From Chrysomallon squamiferum (Eukaryota; Animalia; Mollusca): 64,000 bases of DNA. Shown here one piece after another: positions 28,651 through 64,000 of the stretch (the first letter of the stretch is position 1; every line of letters starts with the position of its first letter). The translations under genes and the position numbers were made by a program. Below the pieces are notes generated by a model. The model had not been told where the DNA came from and ran no database searches. It saw only the letters and a list, made by a program, of their open reading frames with translations. The stretch is from the NCBI GenBank assembly GCA_012295275.1, contig CM022677.1, positions 21,390,001-21,454,000 on the forward strand, read 5' to 3'.

Positions 28651-29455
28651 TAATAATATTATTAATAATGTAAACGATGCTAATGATAATAATGTTGATA
28701 AATTTGAAAAAATTATCGACAAAATTTTTATTTTATTTTATTTATTTATTTATTTACTTAAAGACATTATGTCAAAACTAAATAATTTATATTATAAAAT
28801 TTTTTTCAAAATATTAATAATAAATAAATTGCATTTTTTATCTTTTATTTATATATTTATTTTTATTTATTTATTTACTTATTTATTTGTTTATTTTATT
28901 ATTATTATCTTTTTTATGTCAGTAGTAGTAGTAGTAGCAGCAGCAGAAGATGATTCTAATTATGATTTTAATAAAATTGAAATACAGAACAAAATTCTTC
29001 AACAGAATTATTTTATTTATTTATTATAAACAAATTGCATTTCTTTTTTCTGCTATATATCAGTCCTAGTAGTAGTAGACGTAGCTGCAGTAGACCTAAT
29101 AGTGCACTAAGATATATTCAAAATTAGTTATTATATATAACGACAAATAAAATTATGTTTTGTAATTTCATTAAGAAATGCATAAAAGTTTATTTTAATA
29201 TGATGAATATATTTATATAATATTTTCATTTATAAATATAACGACCGTTAAATAATAATAATAATAATAATATAAAAAGAACGCCATCAGGAATCATCTC
29301 CCCTGACCTTCGATAAAGAAACGAAGATAAAAAAAAAAAAAAAAAAAAAAAAGCTTTTTTTGTTAACATATAAATGCATTTTTTTTACTCGTTATAAACT
29401 GGTATTAGGGTTATTGTGTTTTTTAATCCTCACCACAAATGTAACAAATAAGCTA

Positions 29456-29501
<46 letters not shown>

Positions 29502-29810
29502 TGAGAACAAAAATAATAATAAAATGAATGAATGAAATGAAATGAAATAACATTAATTTAATTTAAAATCGTCTCCAGTATTAGCTTTAAAAGATTAAAC
29601 GTTTATGTAAAAAGTGAAAAGATTTTGATATTATACTTTTTAGATATGAAATTAGAAAAATTAGTATTTATGCAACGATAGTTTGTCCGATTTTAATAAT
29701 ACTTTTGTTAAATGCCAAGAACCGGGTTACCGGAATGGCAAAGGCAATATGCATATTATATTTGCAAGGGCGCTTTATAATTAAACACATATTATAGATA
29801 GTGTATAAAT

Positions 29811-29861
<51 letters not shown>

Positions 29862-29899
29862 TTTGTTTATTTATATTACATCCGGATTTTAGCTCCAAC

Positions 29900-30021
29900 C
29901 ACCAGGCTCAGGCATACCGGAACCGGAAGTGTTTATATACTTTTTGACCTCTGACAAAGGGCACTTTTTAGGTATAGGTATCTGTGATATTTTGGAACGA
30001 TGAGTGAGAAAACATAAATAG
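29900..30021 (+). promoter_or_regulatory. Putative DPP9 promoter and non-coding first exon
   Basis: Tandem ETS-type sites CCGGAACCGGAAGT at 29917-29930, typical of housekeeping promoters. Candidate donor AG|GTAATC at 30021/30022; acceptor TTTCAG at 31455 upstream of the ATG. Confidence 0.5.
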
Positions 30022-30348
30022 GTAATCACAAATATTTCACTGATTTTAAATATCAGACGAACAGTAACCATTATCATTATTACTGGTTAATAATTATTAG
30101 CTTATCGTCCAAAACGAAGAGATTGATATCCTCAGTTACCTGTTATCGCAGAACTTGGTAACCATGAATGATTGTGGCAAACGAACTTGGTAGTTAACAT
30201 TTGTCGGTGATTTAATCATAAACATTTTTATAGATCGATTACTCCTTTCTTTGTTTAAAATAGTTTTTCTTACATATTAACTAATATTTTGTAATTACGG
30301 CTTTCTATCTTTAAGACATAACGCGAATTATCGAAATATTTTTCATTT

Positions 30349-30385
<37 letters not shown>

Positions 30386-30744
30386 CGAAAAATAGCTTAT
30401 CAATCCATAATCTTAATACAAGTTGCAGTTTTTGTAATTTATATACAGTTGGTAGTGTATAGTAAGTCAGTTGTGTCTGTTTTTAACGTCACGATTTACA
30501 TGAAGTTAAAACTTCATTAAACTATAGTTCAGGAGAAGTTAGCAGAAAGTAATGTTGATAATGTTTGTATGGCCACTGATTCCAGAGAATGTATATTTGT
30601 ATGTAAATATAAATATTAAGTTTTTAAAAACAAAGTACAAACTTTAATAACTTTACTCATGTTGAAGAAAAAGAGAAAAGTAATACAATACAAACACAAT
30701 GAAATATAGTGTCATGTGTGTGTTTGTGCTTGAATATATGTATG

Positions 30745-30785
<41 letters not shown>

Positions 30786-31537
30786 TTGTATGTATGTATG
30801 TATGTATGTATGTATGTATGTATGTTTGTATGCTTGTTTGTCTTTATTTCAAAGCAGTTTGAAATATCAGTATTAGTTTGGCAAATTAAAATGGTTAAAT
30901 GTTTTACATTCATCAAATGTACAGACATAATTCCATGTCCATATTATTGTTATTAAAATAAAAAGGACTCGAGAGAGAATATAAAATTTTTATATTCATA
31001 TAATTCTTGATACGTGATGAATGTTGATCTTTGACTGCAGAATATGTCTGGCTTTACTGTTTGTATAACTATCATTATAATTATAATAATAATTAGTAGT
31101 AGCAGTAGTCTTACTATAAGTGCTACTACTATTACCATTATTGTTATCGTTACTATTATTGTTACTGGGGGTTGTTGTAGTAGTAGTACTCTTACTACAG
31201 TTGCTACTACAACTATTATCGTTACCATTATTATTAGTAGTAGTAGTTGTAGTAGTAATGGTGGTAGTAAAGTTGTAGTAATAGTAGTAGTAATGGTACG
31301 TTACTACTACTACTACTGGTACTGTTATTATTATTGGTATTGTTATTGTTATTATTACTGTTGTTGTTGTTGTTAATTATGTTGTTGCTATTGTTGTTAA
31401 TTTATTTTCATCAAAGTAAATCAAACTTATTACTTTATTTTTATTTTATTTTCAGCACACACACACACTCACACACACTCTTTACCACACTACTCGACGT
31501 ACATAATGAAAAAAAATGCAGCATCAAGATAGGAAAC

Positions 31538-46437
<14,900 letters not shown>

Positions 46438-47770
46438 CCACGACAACTACTACTACTACTACAACTACCTTACCTGCCACAACACACCTGTAATCAGTCG
46501 CAGTGCCTCTGCCTGGCCTGTGTGTGTGTGTATCAGGCACCAAGGTTTCATTCATTATCAGTTTACCAGTTTGAAAGGCACCAGTTTCTGTTAAAGATGG
46601 TTGCCAGTTTGTCGGGTACCAAAGTTTCGTAAAAATGGTATCTGTTTGAAAGGCTCCAGGTATTTTGTTTTTGGATGACAGTGCCATTTAAAAAAGGCAC
46701 CAGATTTCTACCAGGATGGTTTCTGTACAAGTTTCCTGGCTGTGTATGTTTGGTAGATTTTGTTCCAGTCTAACAGGCTGTGGGTTTTATTCTGATGGTG
46801 CCAGGGTTACGTACTCTGGTGCCTTTCAAATGGTACCGTTTTCTCTGACACTGAATATATCTGTTAGGCACTGCTCTGTGGTGCTAAGTGAGGTGCCACA
46901 TTCTTGAGGTTTCAGGTTTTCCTGTCTGATTGTTCCAGCTTGGTCAGGAGGCAGCAGGTCTCAGTTTGATGGTGCTTGTCACAGACTTGGTATTTCAGAA
47001 GACTCTGGTTCAGTTTCATGCTGTCTGGATCTTGTGTCAGAGTTTCAGGCTCAACGCTTCTTGTTTCTCATGTGAATTTGTCTGTCTCAGTGCCAGGTTA
47101 CCAGGCAACATAATTGGTAGAATTGTCATCACCAGGCACCTCACTGATTGATGATTTAGCTTCTGAATGATTCAATCATTTTTTTGGCAGATGTGTATCT
47201 CTTTTTAATCACTAATAACAGTTTTTGTGTTTCGTGTTGTTTGTCCTTTGTATTTGAGAAATTATTTTAAATAAATCTTAAAAAATAGTTTTTGTCAGTA
47301 TTTTTTTTTTATTAAGCTATCAAATGTGTTGTCTTTTATTTTTTTGGCTTTGTGTTATAGTCTATGACTAGTTTGTTTGGTTGGTCCTGAAGGTATTTTT
47401 TTTATTTTTTTTTGGTACTTTGACAAAGACCACGTTGTCAGTTTTATTTCATTTAGTGTCACTGCTTCCTCATGTTTGTCTTGCTGCACAAGAAAACCTG
47501 ACTAAAAAATACCAACATCAGAATGATTTTTTTAATTTTTATTATTATTTATATTTTTTTCTCAAAATCATTTTAGTTCATTCTTTATTTCTGCTTTGTG
47601 AAAAGGATTTTTAGTTACATCTGTCTACAGCATTACTTACTACATCTATTTTGATTGGGGCTAATTATATATATACATATATATATCTGTATATATATAG
47701 ATATATAGATATATATATAATATACATATTATTTATATATACGGTATATTGCAAAAACTTTTAAAATCAG

Positions 47771-47811
<41 letters not shown>

Positions 47812-48836
47812 AAAATCTTGAACTTTAGCCTGGTTTTCTCCTGCATTACGACATTTTACGAAATTTTCGGCCAAAAATTCTTTCATCAGTTATTTTTAAA
47901 TAAATTTTTGACAGGCACACAAATAAATACAGGTTGAATAATTTTTACAAAATATATCACTGCAGTTAACACAAACTCTGCTTTGCTGCAGAATATTTTC
48001 AGAAAACGTTTCTGCCAGTTCATCAGCTGAACTGGAATGTCAGGTACCAGCAGATAAAAACTTCATCAGGAATCTTTACCAAGCAGCAGATATGTTAGAT
48101 AGTGTGAGGCACCCTTCTTGTTAACAGACATGTTTATAGACACTGATTTATGACTTCAGGCAAGCTTTTGATATCTAATCTTTTCAGATACTTCAAACTG
48201 AGGCATCATCTTGGTAATTTAAACTTGTAGACTCTCTTACTGGTTTGTAGTTTCAGACTCTTTTTGTAAAAAATTGTTACTTGTTGTTTTGCTCAGGTGT
48301 GTTTTTGTTATTTTTTTTAAATTTACCTGTAAGCTCTTTCAGGCTTGGATATGTATGTATGTGAACTTAGGCACCCATGTTGGCTGAATGTCTTGACAGA
48401 CAGTCCTAAGATCTCAGTCACAGCTCTGAGCTTGCTCAACACCTTGTTTGAGTAATGAGTTTTTTTTTACTCACTTGTCTTTGAGCGTAGGAAATTAAAT
48501 TTTGAATTTGAGATTCGGTTGCAGTTGTTTTTACTGGACTGATGAAGTAATTGTCACTGGAAATGTCTACATAAGAAACCTGTAACTGAGTTAATAATAA
48601 GATTTACAGATGGGGGTTGTCAGAGATTCTAGATCAGAAACCTGTGAATGTGGCCAGTAACTGTTGTCTAATGTTATCTGCATAATTGTGTTGTCAGCTG
48701 ATATGTGAAGTATTCCTTGGTGTAGAAAAATCTAGAAAGGTCTGTTTTAAAAATGCTTTGATGAATTTGTTTTAGGAGAATACAATTCTTATTAGCTCCA
48801 AAATTAAGAGATATATAAGCCTCAGACTTGTGTGAG

Positions 48837-48902
<66 letters not shown>

Positions 48903-49535
48903 AAAAATGTTTTCTTATATTATCTTTTTCTGAATATATTTTTTTGTTGTTGTTGACATGTAATATTAGTGTTGCTAGCCATCAGTCTTTGCTGACAATA
49001 AAGTCTATCAGACTAATAACATTTTTATGAGGATGCACTGTAGTCATTTTTATTTTTATTTTTTTTTTTTTTTCTTCTCTTTTATTATGATATTATATAA
49101 TATGGGAAAAAAATAACAATAAACCTGACAGACTGATTAAATTACTGCTGTGTTGCTATATACTCAGTCTGTTAGGATTTTTTTATCCCTTTAAGTTTCT
49201 GAAAATTTATATCTGTTTCTGAAATAGCAGAATTATGCATTATCGTCAAAGGTTAATGAATATCACTTTGATAAATATGGCTAAACTCACGGAATATTTG
49301 TGACAGAATTAATCAGTCAGAATTTAATATATCGAAGAGAAAAACTGGAAAAAAAAATAAGGCTAAAAGCTCAAGATTTTTAAATTCCATGGTAGAGTCT
49401 TTATGTTGGGTTAATTAAGTTAATTAGTTCAGTGTGTTTTGTATGACGATATTTTTTTAGAATTTTTTTTATTTAAAGTTATAGATAATAAATGCATATG
49501 TAATATGCTTCTTTGCATATTTATTTACATTCATA

Positions 49536-49573
<38 letters not shown>

Positions 49574-49777
49574 CCTATATATATTCATATATATATATAT
49601 TTGAAGTAACGATTATTACAAGATCTTGATAATATTATTTCTTAAAATTTGCAGAAGTACTGGGGCATTTACTATTTTTTTTTTTTTTTTTTTAATTTAA
49701 ATATTTATATAGGTTTTACATGTTTATTTTTTAAATTTCTTGTTTTCCTTCTTCATCTTCTTCTTGTTATTATTTTC

Positions 49778-49835
<58 letters not shown>

Positions 49836-50600
49836 CACCACTACTGCTACAACTGTTACCACTATTTTTGTTGATTGATTGAATGATTTATCGATTTATT
49901 TATTTTTTGTAATTATATTCAAAACAAACAACAAAAAATAAAACAATGCTGTTATTATTATCTAAAACCACGTTTTTAATTTATTTAATTAATTTTGTAA
50001 TTCTGAACTGCACAGTTCTGTGTTAAACGTACAAATATTTGATGTCAAACATTGTTTTGTTCTGTTAAGAAATTGTTCACCTGTAGTTACTGTTTCAAGA
50101 AAAATTCAAATTGAGAGTTCAGTTTAATTTTATAATTTCAATAATAAAATTAATTTTCTCTAATTGGCTACAACAGAGTTGATACAATTTGTAATATCAG
50201 TTAACAAGTTAATTGAAAGTAATTAATTTTCTGAAATTAATTATTGGACTAAATAATAAAAAATATTTTTTTTTTTTTTTTTTTTTAATTAAGAGAAGAC
50301 CTGGATCAGTTTTCTATTATCTGTTAATGGGTGTGAAGAGTTTGTTATTTCTATAATTAATAATTGTATGTTTTTGAAATCAAATGAATAAATAAGATAA
50401 TTTAAATTAAATTAAATTGATTGTTTCACCGTAAATTGCTGGTTTCTACTATCAAATTGTTGTTTTATTTTGTAATTATATTTAAAATTTGTTAAAGAGG
50501 GCACGCCTTTGTATTGCAGTCACCTCTGTATATTGACCACTGTATAAAGTGTTACACTGTTGATTTAAAATAACACTGGTATTGTTATTTTCTTCTTTCG
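46438..50600 (+). other. Probable long 3' UTR of DPP9
   Basis: Mostly unique, T-rich, CpG-poor sequence with no coherent ORF follows the stop codon. AATAAA is at ~50387. The end point is uncertain. Confidence 0.45.
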
Positions 50601-50621
50601 TTATTATTATCATTATTATTT

Positions 50622-50655
<34 letters not shown>

Positions 50656-51015
50656 CTGAATTCTGGCTCTGAATGGGATCGATAATTTAACTAGAAATAA
50701 CTGAGATCAATATGATATATGATATCATTTTCATAAACTGTTTTAATATCCAAAGTGTACATTAACCTTTTTTTTTTTTTTTTTTTTTTAAATTATAATT
50801 CCAATAGGGCTCCTTAAACCAGCAGGCATTGGTTGCCATTAGAAACGTTTTGATGCGTGAATTAAGTAGTAATAAGTATGGAGTCCCTAATTGGGTTCGC
50901 TATGTTTTCTATATATTTGTCGCAAATATTATATAGCTTATTTAGTCGACTGGTGAAATAAATGTAATAAGTATCCCGAACAGGGCCTCTGATAACAACT
51001 GCGATTTCAAGTGCG

Positions 51016-51063
<48 letters not shown>

Positions 51064-51726
51064 ACATGCTTTTATGAAACCACTGTAATAAAGGTCCTTA
51101 ATTGAGGCCCGCTTAATCGATGTATAATTTGTCAGAGGTCACGTGACTGACTGTTACAAAGTAACGCAAGAATGTAATTGCAGAAAAAAAAAAATGTGTA
51201 ACCACATGATTTTGATAATCAACATGCGTGATGTTTCTGTGATGATTCTGTTTTATCATTTAAATAAAATACCTCCACAACTAATCTCTGTCTTCTTGTT
51301 TTTTTTGTTTTTGTTTTGTTTAGTTTTTCTGGTTTTGTTAGAAAATAACAAGACTTCAAAGAGAGGGGTCTGAGTGTGGCAGTTAGAGTTATGAATCCAC
51401 AGGTGTCGAATCGGCTAAGTTAATGTCGTCTGCTTTCGTAACTGCGTCAGTTGTTGTTCATTTCAGTAACATCGGATTTTTAAAAGAATGCAGAATTAAT
51501 GTAGTGTCATGATGATGTGATATAATACTTTTAAATTATTATTATTGTTGTTGTTGTGGTTGTTGTTATATACAGACTCGTATACTATTATAATGTAAGC
51601 AAAATAGATCTGAATAACTACGTATATATACGCACCCACACATCCACACAGATTATCTTTTCTTATCTTAAAGGATTATCATTTCTTAGATTTAAAGTGA
51701 ACAAATAAAAATTATAATTAAGTCGT

Positions 51727-51793
<67 letters not shown>

Positions 51794-52144
51794 AAAATAA
51801 CAATGTTATATTATAAATCAAACTTTATTTTACATTATATTAAATCACGCTGTTAAAAATATTATTTAGTTACGTCACTGTCTTACGTCATAATGGCCTG
51901 TTTACATTTTTATTATATTTTACAAACCAGTTACATTGCATATAATCAACTGTATCTTATTCAGTAAACCTGTAACCTAGTGTAACTTTGACATCAGGTT
52001 ACGTTTATTTTACATAATAGCGTTAAGCTTTGGCAACATTGCAAACAAAACAAAATCAGCAAAGACATTTTATATTTAAAACCAAAAATAGTGCATAGAT
52101 AAAAAGGTACAAATAAGGATATTTTTCTTCTTCTTCTTCTTCTT

Positions 52145-52281
<137 letters not shown>

Positions 52282-52529
52282 CATTACTGTTGTTGCTGTT
52301 GTTATTGTTGTCGTTGTCGTCAATACTATTATTACCATAATTATTAGCAGTAGTACTACTAGTAGAAGTATTGGTTGTGGTAATAATAGTATTATTATTT
52401 TTACTATTAAAAACGAAAAAATCGAACATATAGCATTTTTAAGCAGAATGTAAAAACTAATAACAAATGAGATCAGCAACAGTAAAAACAAATTTGAAAA
52501 TGAATATATTATTTGTGATTGTCAGTTGA

Positions 52530-52611
<82 letters not shown>

Positions 52612-53232
52612 GGATGCCAGTAATTCATGAATATGAATGAGGCAGCAGTACTAATTTTAATATTTATGCTCTTCATGAATATTCATAACAGTTAACCGAT
52701 TATATATGTTTCTGTGATGATACTGAAACTCAAGATGAAAGTACTTATTTATTTACTTATTTATTTTTTTATTTCTGTGTTTGTTTCTTTGTTGTTGTTT
52801 GTTTGTTGTTTTTTTATTAATTTATTTATTTTTGGTTTATTTTTTTTTTATTTTTTTTTTATTTTTTCCTTTTTTATTTTCTTTTAATCACAATATACTA
52901 TCACTTTTTACAATGTTAACTTTTACAGTCAGGAATAACAGTAACAGATTAATCATGAATACATGATACGGATTCGTTTCAAAACTGAAAGTGAAATATA
53001 ACGAATATAGATATACAAGTAATGTTCATAAATCTCTATAAAACGACAACAAAACTCAACAAATATATGTAACAAAGAAGTCATTCGTCATAACAAAAAC
53101 AAATTTCAACAAGCGAAAATCAATCATTTCTGACATTATTTGTATTCTGCCACAAAATTTATATTCGTATAAATATTATTACTGGAATCTTAATAAAAGT
53201 AGTTATTTACTGACAACATAATCATCTTCATC

Positions 53233-53304
<72 letters not shown>

Positions 53305-53737
53305 GTTATTATTGTAATTATTATTATTACTGTTATTATTTTTATTATTATTATGTAAAACCATAATTTTACACGTGTATTGCATATTTATGTTACATTA
53401 AAACATATTGCATAAAGTTACTCGTTACGTTATATCATTTATTTCAGTTTACATTATATTACATTATGTAACATCCACGTTACATTCACGTGTTTTTCTG
53501 TTACGACATGTTACCATACTTACAACAGAATCACGCTGTGTTAATTATATCACATCACTGTATCACATGTTACATCATCATCATCATCATCAACAACAAC
53601 GTCATAAATCCCATCACAGTTTTAAAAATACCTTTTAACAGATTTGTTTTTTTATATCACAGAAAAACTTCCAATAGTAAAAAAAAATCATTTAAATTTT
53701 TTTGTTTTTTTTTTGTTTTGTTACGTCATCACGTCTG

Positions 53738-63151
<9,414 letters not shown>

Positions 63152-63182
63152 TTCTTCTGAAATTAAAAAACTGTATTAGTAA

Positions 63183-63372
<190 letters not shown>

Positions 63373-63413
63373 TCTCTATATTCTTCTCTCTCTCTCTGTC
63401 TCTCTCTCTCTCT

Positions 63414-63594
<181 letters not shown>

Positions 63595-63660
63595 TTATGT
63601 ATATATTAGTCCACTTGGAGTGTAAATATTATATCAGTGTGTGTGTTTGCAATTGTTCTA

Positions 63661-63715
<55 letters not shown>

Positions 63716-64000
63716 ATTCTTGCTGTTATTATTATATTTCTTATTACTATTAATATTGCTGTTGCTGCTATTGCTATTTTTCTTATTATTATATTTTTGT
63801 TGTTGTTATTATTATTATTATTACTATCATTATTATTATTTTTGTTGTTATTATAATTATTACTGATGTATTGCTCTTACTATTATTATTGTTGTTATTA
63901 GTATTTGTATTACAACTACTACTACTACTACTATTTCTACTACTACCACTACTATTACTACTACTACTACTACTACTATTATTATTATTATTATTATTAT

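Overview
This is eukaryotic, very AT-rich, microsatellite-saturated animal genomic DNA; the gene content and repeat style suggest a mollusc, probably a gastropod (inference). Almost all ORF-track entries are microsatellite artefacts. Reading splice sites by hand gives five intron-containing genes. (1, 3) Two tandem minus-strand paralogues encode type II membrane proteins. In each, a separate TM-anchor exon is joined to a single ~890-bp GC-rich exon encoding an HtrL/YibB-like putative glycosyltransferase domain; copy 1 has a 1-nt frameshift near its 3' end. (2) Between them lies a small secreted single Ig-like-domain protein (~126 aa) whose stop codon is split by an intron. (4) A plus-strand dipeptidyl peptidase 9 (DPP8/9) gene has an intact catalytic triad but one damaged exon. 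(5) A minus-strand ~552-558 aa coiled-coil protein has an N-terminal MGCxxS acylation motif and a candidate 18-nt microexon. A recurring oddity is tandem 'echo' duplication of exon edges, including splice sites, interleaved with microsatellites, at many exons of two genes. All coordinates were read by eye; no searches were run.
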